Origin: Vibrio phage pTD1
DNA length: 40,000 bases
Sequence record: AP017972.1
Reading direction: 5' to 3' (one strand)
The position numbers and the translations under genes are program-made. Below, one piece after another: positions 28,020 to 36,962 of the stretch (position 1 is the stretch's first letter; each line of letters opens with the position of its first letter). Under the pieces are notes generated by a model, which was not told the origin of the DNA, ran no database searches, and was given only the letters and a program-made list of their open reading frames with translations.

Positions 28020-30128
28020 TTATGCGAATGTTACGCCAGATGGGTTACCTACTAGACCGCCGTTAGCTGCCATGTAAGCACCAGAAGCACCAGCCGCTGC
28101 CATTACTGCGAACTCTACTGATGGAGCGTAAATCGCAACGTTAGATGCGAATGTACCCATAGTACCAGAAGCGTTCAAGTTACCTAGTTTATCCATACAT
28201 TGGCCTAGGAACTCAGCGAAGTCAGGAGCGATGTAGTAACGACGAGCAGTACCAGTCATGTTCACATCATCGTTGATCAACGTTGGAAGCATAGTAGTCA
28301 TTTTGTAACGACGTACAGCTTCTGGAGTTTGACCGTTGTCACCGTAGATTGCACCTAGGTACTGAATCATTGGAGTTGAATCAGTTGGGCATAGACGGCT
28401 TAGGAACATTTCATCCACTTCTTCCAACGAGTGTAGTTGGCCGTTGTGTTTGAATGTACCCACTGGTAGGATGATAGAAGAAGCACAAAGGATAGGTTTA
28501 TCCATTGTCCAACCTTTACCAGATTGACGGTTATCGTTGATACGACGAGTCGCTTCACCATCAGTGATTGCATCAATCACTTTAACCACAGTCATCTTGT
28601 TCTCAGACGCTGTACCAGTCTTACCTGCTAGGTTAAGCAGGAAGTTGTGTAGCGCTGCTTCGTTACCGAACTCAGAAAGGTCGATAGCGTAAGATGCATG
28701 TGGAGCGATGTTACGACGAATCCAGCTAGACGTGAAGTCCATGTCTTTAAGACGAGATTCGTTGATCTTGGTTTTGTCATCACGTTTTGGAAGTGCACCC
28801 ATGATCATGTCATCGATACGACGTTCAATGTGAGACAAGTTACCGCGAGCACCGTTAGACATCATGCGTAGTGGCTCAGTGAATAGGTGGTTGTGGTTCA
28901 CTGTCATGTTAGCGTACAGACCCATCAACCAAGATGCGATACCTGAGTTGTTACCCATTTGTGCTTGAGCACGAGCAGAGTTCATTACAACTACTGCTTG
29001 TAGTGGGTGGTAACCGTGTGGGTAAGCGTCCGCACCAGCAGTCAACATTGGGTTGAAGACTTGTGGTTGTTGACGGCTCATCAGGTTAGCTGTGTAAACT
29101 GCGAACGGAACACCGATTAGCTGTACAGTAGAGTAAGCCGTTACAATACCGCGAGCTGCGTCTGTGTTGTATGGTTGACCTTCTTTAGGCGCTGTTTGTA
29201 GTTGAACAGTCATGTTCGCACCACAAGGTACACCGTCGATAGACACTGGACCACCGTTTTGAGTTTTCACTGCTTCGATACGTGCTGTAGCTGACTTAGT
29301 CGCGCCGTAAGCATTTTTATCGATTTGACCTTTAGAGTCGATGAACGGAGTTTTCAGTTCTTGCTGAGCTTTAACCATCGCTTTAGTTAGCGTGATTTTC
29401 ATGCCACGTTCCCACTCATCTAGGATGACACCTGTAAGTAGTTGTGGTAGGCCAGCTTCTTTGTTTTCTGGAGTTTGGTAGTCTTCCAAGTTAATCACAC
29501 GAGAAGTGATTAGTTGAACATCGTTTACGCCATCTGCACCGTAACGCAGTTTGATAGACTCCATGATGTTACGAACAACTTCACCAGTCATGTAACGGTT
29601 AGGTGCTTGTTTGATTTGCACTTTGCTAGGAGTGTTTTGACCTAGTACACCGTTAGTGTGAATCTCTTCAAGTTGAATCGCTAGTTCACGGTTAGAGAAC
29701 ATGATTGGAGCGATGATCATTGTGTTGCCTACGCGACGTGCTAGGATGATACCCGGCAGTACTGGAGACAAGTTAGAATCCATAGAAATGATTTCTTGCG
29801 GAATGATCGCTTGCAGAGCAGGTGCTAGAGAAGATTTACCTTTCTCTTCTTTAAAGTCGTTCAGTGCTTTCATCACGTCGTTCACAACAGGAACACTACG
29901 ACCACCAGACATTACAGAGTTCATACCTAGAACTGATGCGAAGTCTAGAAGAGTTTGAGATTGTTTATTTGCTTGAGACATTTTAGCTGCTCCTTGTTGT
30001 GCAGTTTGAGAAGTGGTTGGTTGTTTTACAATTTGTTGTTGTGGAATCGGATTGTCAGAATGAGGGTCACTAGTATTTTCCTCATTTTTATTGATAATCT
30101 TTTCCCACTGGCTTTTACTAGAGACCAT
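28020..30128 (-). CDS. Large, probably highly expressed jumbo-phage protein (virion or shell candidate)
   Basis: 702-aa ORF in its own promoter/terminator unit. Gln/Asn/Pro-rich N-terminal ~50 aa followed by a long globular region; family not recognised. Confidence 0.6.
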   Translation of the reverse strand: MVSSKSQWEKIINKNEENTSDPHSDNPIPQQQIVKQPTTSQTAQQGAAKMSQANKQSQTLLDFASVLGMNSVMSGGRSVPVVNDVMKALNDFKEEKGKSSLAPALQAIIPQEIISMDSNLSPVLPGIILARRVGNTMIIAPIMFSNRELAIQLEEIHTNGVLGQNTPSKVQIKQAPNRYMTGEVVRNIMESIKLRYGADGVNDVQLITSRVINLEDYQTPENKEAGLPQLLTGVILDEWERGMKITLTKAMVKAQQELKTPFIDSKGQIDKNAYGATKSATARIEAVKTQNGGPVSIDGVPCGANMTVQLQTAPKEGQPYNTDAARGIVTAYSTVQLIGVPFAVYTANLMSRQQPQVFNPMLTAGADAYPHGYHPLQAVVVMNSARAQAQMGNNSGIASWLMGLYANMTVNHNHLFTEPLRMMSNGARGNLSHIERRIDDMIMGALPKRDDKTKINESRLKDMDFTSSWIRRNIAPHASYAIDLSEFGNEAALHNFLLNLAGKTGTASENKMTVVKVIDAITDGEATRRINDNRQSGKGWTMDKPILCASSIILPVGTFKHNGQLHSLEEVDEMFLSRLCPTDSTPMIQYLGAIYGDNGQTPEAVRRYKMTTMLPTLINDDVNMTGTARRYYIAPDFAEFLGQCMDKLGNLNASGTMGTFASNVAIYAPSVEFAVMAAAGASGAYMAANGGLVGNPSGVTFA

Positions 30129-30203
30129 GACTGATCCTTACCGCGAGTTAAATATTCAATAACGTTATTAAACATTAAGTTATGAATTAATATCCATTGC
30201 TTA

Positions 30204-30240
30204 ACACCTAAGTTATATAGGACTGAAATATTTTAGCCTC
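30204..30240 (-). promoter_or_regulatory. Promoter-like repeated element upstream of the 702-aa gene
   Basis: ACACCTAAGTTATATAG is identical to the site at 25138; no TTGACA -35 here. Confidence 0.45.
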
Positions 30241-30347
30241 ATCCCAAAAGGGACGATTTTATGTCTTAAATAACCAAATACTAGTCCTGATCACTCCAAC
30301 CTTGCGGTCGGAGAAAGTTTTTATTTACATAGAATGGTAGCCAGTTT

Positions 30348-31454
30348 ATGCAAACACTATATACTGGGTTGAACTCTATCACAAATGCAGTTTACAGTTA
30401 TAGTAATGTAAGTAACTTAAACCGAGTTTGTAGATTCAACCAAGAACAACTTAGACAAAGGGTGTTAAACACTTCGTATCGTTTAAACCACGCACATCCG
30501 TTAGTCGCTTTATTAGAGTTCATGCAAATCGACCCTAGTTGGGACGAAGAAGAACTGCACAGCGTTATCGACTTTAAAACCGAACGTTGGGCGAGTAACG
30601 CGAACGTGGTTGGTGTGTATAACTCAGGAAGATTGCAGAGAGGGGTCTTGTATCAAGAAGACTTTTCTGAGCTTCTAATATCTTTGCCACCGCAGTACAA
30701 GTTCACTGATTATCTCACCATGGATGAAAAAGTGATGTGTCCTTTTATTCCTGTCTATAGTGAATCCACCCAGTTAGACTTTAGACCTGTAAAAGATAAA
30801 CCCCTCAGTGCGAAACCAACTAAGCTTGCCGTCATCGGTGTAGACTTTATGTGTCTCGCTGTCGCTTATTGGCGTTACCTGAAAGATTCTCAGGTTTACG
30901 GATTTGATGCGTCGCCTGAGAAGTGGTTGATTTACCCACTAATGAACGCGCAAATCTTAGGGAACCGCTTAGTGGTGTTGAACGCTCTTTATAAAGGGGT
31001 AACTCAAGGTGTTAAACCGGAAGAGTTGGTCAGTGTACCTCGAACCACCTTCGCCATCAACCCTGTGGAAACGATGTTAAAACGTCACATAAAGGATTTA
31101 CACAAACTGTTATCGCGTAACCCAATGCATAACATAGAACACTTCCTAGGGTGCTTACAGACGCTGGATGACCTACCTACTCCAGAGGACAATCCAACCC
31201 AATGGATGTACCCGGGTCGATACGCCATGTATCTGAAATGTCGATGGACTTGGAACATCCCTTACATGCGTCTGCTGACCACGTATCTCCATTACAATAA
31301 ATTGAGTCGTGCTAAAAACGGCGTGACCAAGAGTAACGTAGAACGTTGGTTGCTCCAAGACGTTAAGCTTTCTACGGGTAACATCCGTAACCCTAGCTTA
31401 ATCGAACGTTACGTTCAACTGAGAGACAAACTCGATAAAAGTGTGAACCTGTAA
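30348..31454 (+). CDS. Hypothetical protein, isolated on the plus strand
   Basis: 368-aa ORF between divergent and convergent minus-strand genes. Confidence 0.75.
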   Translation: MQTLYTGLNSITNAVYSYSNVSNLNRVCRFNQEQLRQRVLNTSYRLNHAHPLVALLEFMQIDPSWDEEELHSVIDFKTERWASNANVVGVYNSGRLQRGVLYQEDFSELLISLPPQYKFTDYLTMDEKVMCPFIPVYSESTQLDFRPVKDKPLSAKPTKLAVIGVDFMCLAVAYWRYLKDSQVYGFDASPEKWLIYPLMNAQILGNRLVVLNALYKGVTQGVKPEELVSVPRTTFAINPVETMLKRHIKDLHKLLSRNPMHNIEHFLGCLQTLDDLPTPEDNPTQWMYPGRYAMYLKCRWTWNIPYMRLLTTYLHYNKLSRAKNGVTKSNVERWLLQDVKLSTGNIRNPSLIERYVQLRDKLDKSVNL

Positions 31455-31457
31455 GGT

Positions 31458-31483
31458 AGTCCCGTAGGGCGTAAGCCCTACGG
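31458..31483. terminator. Bidirectional terminator
   Basis: Perfect 11-bp stem TCCCGTAGGGC / GCCCTACGGGA, loop GTAA. Confidence 0.75.
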
Positions 31484-31488
31484 GATTA

Positions 31489-33561
31489 TTAGTGCTCATC
31501 GCTGATAATGCGACTGATCTTTTGGTTCACAATAAACAGACCTAAAGATTCCAATACCGCATACACACACTTCAAGTTTTGCTTGATGATAGAACGAATG
31601 TCCGCTGCTTGGATAACTTCCTTAGGAATACCAGTTGCACCTAAACATTCCTCAGGCACATAAATTGTGGTTAACTTAGCAGTGTCACCAAGGTGAGACG
31701 TAGCCGCCGCTTTCATTTCAGGTTCTAATCCATCAACCCACTCTTTGATTGATGCACGGTTCAACGTTTTCGCATTTACCTTGATAGCCGTGTACGGTAG
31801 CTCTGGCGCGTGTCCGTATTTTTTCGCAAACAAACGTTCCCATAAGACATGGTACTGGAAGACTGACGATTCAGGTTTCGCGTAGATTTCACCATCTTTG
31901 ATAGTAGACTTAGTTAACCACACCCATTTGCCATCCTCAACATCACGGATGATCTCACGTTCTAATTCCGCCGCACGGAATAAGATATCCGCCGCATCCA
32001 ACTGACGGTGTTCATGGATGGCATCCAACACTTCCCGCATTAGACCATGAGCGAAGGCCTTGATGTTCGCAGCTATCTTAGCAGACCTCAGGTGAACCCC
32101 TTTGATCTCCATCTCGACTTCTTTGTTCATCACACCCTCTACCATGAGCTGAGTCGCATAGTAGTGTTTGGACATAGTGGTTGTCACGTAAGCGCCGAAC
32201 AAGTATTCGTTCTTCATGTTCAAGCGGTAACGGAAGCGTTTCGCTACGTTCATGTTCTCTGAGAACTGAGCGTGTTGGTGAACGGCAATCATACGAACGA
32301 AGTAAGTTAATACGCCGTTAGTACGAAGTGACGTTGCACGGTCTTTGGTGTATTCATCTACCACAGTATCCACGGTGTAGATAGAGGAGTCTGTGTCTGA
32401 CGTTAACACCACTTCACGAATCATGTCTTTGATACTAAAGACGCCAGATGGTGGAATCTCTTGTTTCAAGAATACTTCAATGAAGTCTTTCCATTTAATC
32501 TCACACTCTAAGTGCCAAGAGTTCAAATGGTTAAGTTGCAGTTGACTTGGTTTACCAACGATTTTCGATACACACAATACGTATCGGTCACCGTTATCTG
32601 GTTTCGGATAATCTTCTTCTTTAGCACCCTCTGGGATTTCAGGGACCTTAGAGAAGTCATCCAAGAACTCATACAACACTTTACGGTTAGTAACACGAAG
32701 ACCTTCCAAGTCCATCACACACAATAAAGCGGTTAGCTCTATTGGTTTAAAGATGCTGACCATCTCTTCGATGATTTTCATACGAGACGCATTACGCCAG
32801 TAACGACCGGTAGAGTGACGAATCATGCTCATCACTTCATCTACGGTTGCATGACGCATGTTCAGTTTGTCCATCACTTCCTGCATGCGGGTGAGGTCAC
32901 TGTACTGAACCGTCGATATAATGTTTTGAAGGGTGTTCTCAAAGGTGTTGTATAGTCGGTTACCCGCCAACAATTTCTCGTTACAAATGTTGGCGGTTGA
33001 TGTCAAACCACGACACGTGGATGTCAAAGTGGTGTGACCGGACTTGTTCACCAGCGGAGTACCGTTAGAAGACATGGCACCCGACTGAGCGTTGTTAAAG
33101 ATTTTTAGGGCGTTCTGGATAACGTCGTAGGTTTTCTCTGCCCACTTGTCACCTGAGCCTTTCGCGTCCTGACGTTTACCTTTGTAGAGCTTACGAAGAG
33201 TTAGGAATCGTTCAGTACCGATAGAGTTAACAGACTGTTCTTCTTCTGAGTTTTTGTACCCCACCAAAGACGGACTTAGGTGGTAGTTGTTGCTGTGAAC
33301 ATTCTCGAAGAACTGCGTGGCTTTCATGATTTTAAGCTCACGGTCACCGTATTTGTTTTTCTCTAGGACTTTGAACTTACGGTCTTCGTAGGTACCGTTA
33401 TTAGGACGGAAGTTTTTCTTAACGACTTGACGTGCTTGTTCTTCGGTTACTCCGAAACGTTTCTGCACGTAGGTAGTCATCTGATTATGATAATGTTTAA
33501 CAATGTTTCTATCAGAATGATAATCAGGGTCGACAAACGGAGACAACATCGGTTGAATCAT
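31489..33561 (-). CDS. Family-B DNA polymerase, C-terminal part (motifs B and C)
   Basis: Motif B-like ALKIFNNAQSGAMSSNG (about 33060-33110) and motif C-like VVLTSDTDSSIYTVD (about 32373-32410). Confidence 0.7.
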   Translation of the reverse strand: MIQPMLSPFVDPDYHSDRNIVKHYHNQMTTYVQKRFGVTEEQARQVVKKNFRPNNGTYEDRKFKVLEKNKYGDRELKIMKATQFFENVHSNNYHLSPSLVGYKNSEEEQSVNSIGTERFLTLRKLYKGKRQDAKGSGDKWAEKTYDVIQNALKIFNNAQSGAMSSNGTPLVNKSGHTTLTSTCRGLTSTANICNEKLLAGNRLYNTFENTLQNIISTVQYSDLTRMQEVMDKLNMRHATVDEVMSMIRHSTGRYWRNASRMKIIEEMVSIFKPIELTALLCVMDLEGLRVTNRKVLYEFLDDFSKVPEIPEGAKEEDYPKPDNGDRYVLCVSKIVGKPSQLQLNHLNSWHLECEIKWKDFIEVFLKQEIPPSGVFSIKDMIREVVLTSDTDSSIYTVDTVVDEYTKDRATSLRTNGVLTYFVRMIAVHQHAQFSENMNVAKRFRYRLNMKNEYLFGAYVTTTMSKHYYATQLMVEGVMNKEVEMEIKGVHLRSAKIAANIKAFAHGLMREVLDAIHEHRQLDAADILFRAAELEREIIRDVEDGKWVWLTKSTIKDGEIYAKPESSVFQYHVLWERLFAKKYGHAPELPYTAIKVNAKTLNRASIKEWVDGLEPEMKAAATSHLGDTAKLTTIYVPEECLGATGIPKEVIQAADIRSIIKQNLKCVYAVLESLGLFIVNQKISRIISDEH

Positions 33562-33622
33562 TATATCACTCCAAAGTAAAAATTTATAGTTTATGCTAAA
33601 TCATTTACCTCGGAGTTAAGGA

Positions 33623-34063
33623 TTACTTCCAAGTATTTTTTAGCTGTATAATATGCTCTCGTTTTTCTTCAATGCGTTCACCTAAACGAGCACGTTGGGA
33701 TTCCATTCCGGCCACGTCTAACTCCATGCGTTTTAGCACACGATCACGACATTCCGCTAATCCAACAGGTAGATGGAATTGTGAAGTCAAGAAAGTTTTC
33801 TTTTCTTTACGGGTTTCAAAGTTAGAATAAGAATACTCACATACATCGGGATGAGAGTCACACCATAAAGTCGTTTTCTCTCGGTTAAGGAGCAATGGTT
33901 TACTTAGGTCGCAACAGCGAGGACAGAACCAAGTTTGGGTTAAATCCAGATGAGCAAACGGACCTTGGTACCCTTCCATGGTGATTAAAGGGTAAGCTTT
34001 TTGCCATTCGACTTTTTGTTCTTCATTAAAAGCCAGTTCTTCTGATGGGTTACATTGTTGCAT
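33623..34063 (-). CDS. Small hypothetical protein with CxxC...C..H residues
   Basis: 146-aa ORF with TWFCPRCCDL...LWCDSHPDVC. Confidence 0.65.
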   Translation of the reverse strand: MQQCNPSEELAFNEEQKVEWQKAYPLITMEGYQGPFAHLDLTQTWFCPRCCDLSKPLLLNREKTTLWCDSHPDVCEYSYSNFETRKEKKTFLTSQFHLPVGLAECRDRVLKRMELDVAGMESQRARLGERIEEKREHIIQLKNTWK

Positions 34064-34097
34064 GAGAAATCTCCAAAAAAATAAGAAAGTGGTAAAC

Positions 34098-34124
34098 TAC
34101 CCTACCCGTAATGGGTAGGGTAGG
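34098..34124 (-). terminator. Intrinsic terminator
   Basis: Perfect 11-bp stem CTACCCTACCC / GGGTAGGGTAG, T-rich on the minus-strand side. Confidence 0.7.
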
Positions 34125-34126
34125 GA

Positions 34127-34537
34127 TTACTTGTCTGTGTCTTTAATGGTGTAGGTAGCACCAAGTGAAGCCAACAAGTCTTTAATAGGTTCACCGAACC
34201 ATTCTGACCAGTTAGTGATGGTGATGGTCTTAGATTGTGTATTCACTACTTTCAATGAGTTCTTCACGATCCAAGGTTCACCAATGGCTTCTACGACACC
34301 ATTAGGATGACGAACTAAGATGTATTGGTAGTCCGTCGGGTTAATAGCATCAGGATAAGCGCCTTTGAAGTAAGTGCGTAGGTTTTGGTGTTTGATGTTG
34401 ATGTCCGTAGTCACCATCACCGCTACCGCATGCCCTACCGTACCTTGGTACGTCACACCTTCAAAACCACTGTTCATCAAACCAGATTCCACGACGCGGA
34501 AACTGATCAGATCTTCCTGACCAATGTTGTAAATCAC
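34127..34537 (-). CDS. Hypothetical protein
   Basis: 136-aa ORF. Confidence 0.65.
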   Translation of the reverse strand: MIYNIGQEDLISFRVVESGLMNSGFEGVTYQGTVGHAVAVMVTTDINIKHQNLRTYFKGAYPDAINPTDYQYILVRHPNGVVEAIGEPWIVKNSLKVVNTQSKTITITNWSEWFGEPIKDLLASLGATYTIKDTDK

Positions 34538-34563
34538 TGTACTTCTCCTTTATCATCGCAGGC

Positions 34564-34893
34564 TTACTGCCTATAAAAATGCTCATAAACGATGCGACTC
34601 ATCAAGACAACCAACGGGCACTCGCACACTAACCCATTGTCCCACGTCACACGATATCCAACTCGATCTAAGATCACCGGCACATACATGACTTGAAATG
34701 ATGGGTCGACCATCAAGTAAGAAGTGATGATTGGGTCTGGGTCTTCACCCTGATCATTGAGCGCGGCAACATGGGAGTGTAAATGGGTTCCCAACATTTG
34801 TGAGGTTAAAACTCCATTGTCGGGGTCATACATCTGGTTAATGTAGGCGGTAAGTCCCGGGTAATCAACATTAGCCAATAGGTATGTATTCAT
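34564..34893 (-). CDS. Hypothetical protein
   Basis: 109-aa ORF. Confidence 0.6.
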   Translation of the reverse strand: MNTYLLANVDYPGLTAYINQMYDPDNGVLTSQMLGTHLHSHVAALNDQGEDPDPIITSYLMVDPSFQVMYVPVILDRVGYRVTWDNGLVCECPLVVLMSRIVYEHFYRQ

Positions 34894-35215
34894 GTGTTCG
34901 ATCTCCGTTACAAGTGAACATTAACGTCACCTGATTGGCTCCGAACTTAGCATCGGTTAACTCCACGGAACTGTACTGGTTGCAAAGAGAAGCTAACACT
35001 TGGTTAAGCTGGATGGCTTCTGACAGCAACGCCGATTTAGACTCTGGGATGGGATGATCAAGTTCTTCATCGGTCATTGCGTAAAGATTGTGACTGATTC
35101 CGCGAGCACTGATAAGCTTGCCAATAAAAGAACACAAGCGTTCAATATCCGTAGCGGGAGGAACATTCATCAAATGGGTAAAAATTCTGTTATTGTTCAC
35201 GTAGACACTCCACAA
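34871..35215 (-). CDS. Hypothetical protein
   Basis: 114-aa ORF overlapping its neighbours. Confidence 0.6.
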   Translation of the reverse strand: MWSVYVNNNRIFTHLMNVPPATDIERLCSFIGKLISARGISHNLYAMTDEELDHPIPESKSALLSEAIQLNQVLASLCNQYSSVELTDAKFGANQVTLMFTCNGDRTHEYIPIG

Positions 35216-35594
35216 TCATGCCTCTTGGGACTTTGGTGTTTGGGACGGGCAAATAATTAACGATCGTATTTCCCACAAGCAATTCATCCATGGCTTCCAC
35301 TAAAATGACGCCAAGGGCTTTTAACTCATGTTCGGTAGTTAACCAAGGAAAGTCATCGACCAAGTCTAAACGAATCAAGTTCTCTAAGACTTGGACTAAC
35401 ATGTTACCTTTGGCTAATTCTACCGCTTGCTCTCGCCCCCAAGAAACAACGTTTTCATAAGCCAACACAAAGAAAGTGTGGAGCAACGGACCTTGGTCAA
35501 TCCCAGTGAAATGGGTCAGCTGGCGACGCTCGATAAAATCCGCCATCGGCTCCATCAGAAAAAGTATCTTCATCGCACTCTTCCGTATCTTCAT
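35190..35594 (-). CDS. Hypothetical protein
   Basis: 134-aa ORF overlapping its neighbours. Confidence 0.6.
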   Translation of the reverse strand: MKIRKSAMKILFLMEPMADFIERRQLTHFTGIDQGPLLHTFFVLAYENVVSWGREQAVELAKGNMLVQVLENLIRLDLVDDFPWLTTEHELKALGVILVEAMDELLVGNTIVNYLPVPNTKVPRGMIVECLREQ

Positions 35595-36078
35595 GGTGAA
35601 TGGTTACAAACATGCATCTCACGTGTGGCAAGGAAATCAACACAGGATGCTCGAATCTAGTATTTGGAGTGAGTTGGTAAATGACCTGTAAGATCAAATA
35701 ACGTATATCATCCAATATTAAATCCAGCACGTCAGTTGAATAATACTTATGCAAGATGCGTGTATCGTACTCTTTATGTTCTTCCACAATGACAAAATCC
35801 ATGTGTCCCTTCACTTTATCGAAATAATGTGTGGGTTGGTAATTGGCTCGGTCACTGGGGAGTGTACGATACTCGAAGGTGCCGTAGTCTCCCAGTCCTT
35901 TTACGGTACTGGCAACTAGGGCAGCCGCAACTTCAGCGGTTTTATCCAAAGGTATGGAGCGAAGGTCATTATCCCACATGAGTTGAGTAATGACCGTATC
36001 GAACACTTCGGATATGCTTACAGAGTAAGTGTTAAGATTGGATGAAGTTGGACATTTGATCTGGAGTCGGATTGTCAC
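35497..36078 (-). CDS. Hypothetical protein
   Basis: 193-aa ORF overlapping the 35190-35594 ORF by about 98 nt; one of the two boundaries may be wrong. Confidence 0.6.
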   Translation of the reverse strand: MTIRLQIKCPTSSNLNTYSVSISEVFDTVITQLMWDNDLRSIPLDKTAEVAAALVASTVKGLGDYGTFEYRTLPSDRANYQPTHYFDKVKGHMDFVIVEEHKEYDTRILHKYYSTDVLDLILDDIRYLILQVIYQLTPNTRFEHPVLISLPHVRCMFVTIHHEDTEECDEDTFSDGADGGFYRASPADPFHWD

Positions 36079-36487
36079 TGATCATTTCTCCTAAAGAAGT
36101 CGTAGGGTTAAATGGCTCGTAACAGTCAGCTATAGTGGAATCAAGATCCATTACTACAAGCAATTGGTTGATTTCACCACTGTGGTCGCGACCACGGTAA
36201 TCACTGAGTTGTACCTTGATGCGAGGGTCCCAACCTGCACGGTGAGTGTATTCCTTGATACCTTCGTAAACTGAGATGTACGTAGGTTCTACCGCGAGGT
36301 TATTTCCGATCGTAGTGGTTAGATGACCGATGCGGTCGTATAGGTTTGTCGCATCCATGGAGTTGTACAACACAATGACGTCTTCCACGATGATCTGTGC
36401 AAACGGAGCGATCTCAATACGAGAGTGGTTGAGTTGATCGAACGTGAGCAAGTTATCCACAATGGATCTGATATCGATAAAATACAT
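36032..36487 (-). CDS. Hypothetical protein
   Basis: 151-aa ORF. Confidence 0.6.
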   Translation of the reverse strand: MYFIDIRSIVDNLLTFDQLNHSRIEIAPFAQIIVEDVIVLYNSMDATNLYDRIGHLTTTIGNNLAVEPTYISVYEGIKEYTHRAGWDPRIKVQLSDYRGRDHSGEINQLLVVMDLDSTIADCYEPFNPTTSLGEMISDNPTPDQMSNFIQS

Positions 36488-36495
36488 GACTACCT

Positions 36496-36801
36496 CTATT
36501 TAAAAAACTTAACTGAAAAACAATGTTGATTAGCTGGCTTAATACCTACGTTGACTTCCGTAGGGATACCGTTGGCTTGATCAGCGATAGCCGTTCGAAT
36601 ATGAGCTCGAACAGGAGCAAGGTCGGATGGGGTACCTTGTACGTGTTGAACGTGGCTCACATGGTAACCTAATTCGATCAAAGCTTCTTGGATTAAACCG
36701 ATGGAGGTTTCTGATTCTGCACCGGGCGGTAAAGCATTGCTGAAATCTGATAAACAGATTCCAACTAAAGATAAGGTTTTGGTCATAATTGTTTCCGTCA
36801 T
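36496..36801 (-). CDS. Hypothetical protein
   Basis: 101-aa ORF. Confidence 0.55.
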   Translation of the reverse strand: MTETIMTKTLSLVGICLSDFSNALPPGAESETSIGLIQEALIELGYHVSHVQHVQGTPSDLAPVRAHIRTAIADQANGIPTEVNVGIKPANQHCFSVKFFK

Positions 36802-36932
36802 TAAAGCGCGTGTAAGGGACTAGATGATTCACATCACAGTTATCCTTTACACTGGGTTAGCGTGCATGGTTAAAGAGCCTTAAATGGCGTTACAGGAAGC
36901 TTACCGGTGATAGCTAAAAATAATCGGAAAGC

Positions 36933-36962
36933 AAAAAAATACCATCTCCCGAAGGAGATGGT
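36933..36962 (-). terminator. Intrinsic terminator with UUCG tetraloop ending the candidate ncRNA
   Basis: Minus strand ACCATCTCC-TTCG-GGAGATGGT-ATTTTTTT. Confidence 0.85.

Noticed and set aside
28020-30128. Naming this ORF as major capsid protein or as chimallin
   Set aside because: No diagnostic motif could be recognised; the assignment needs structure or profile comparison.
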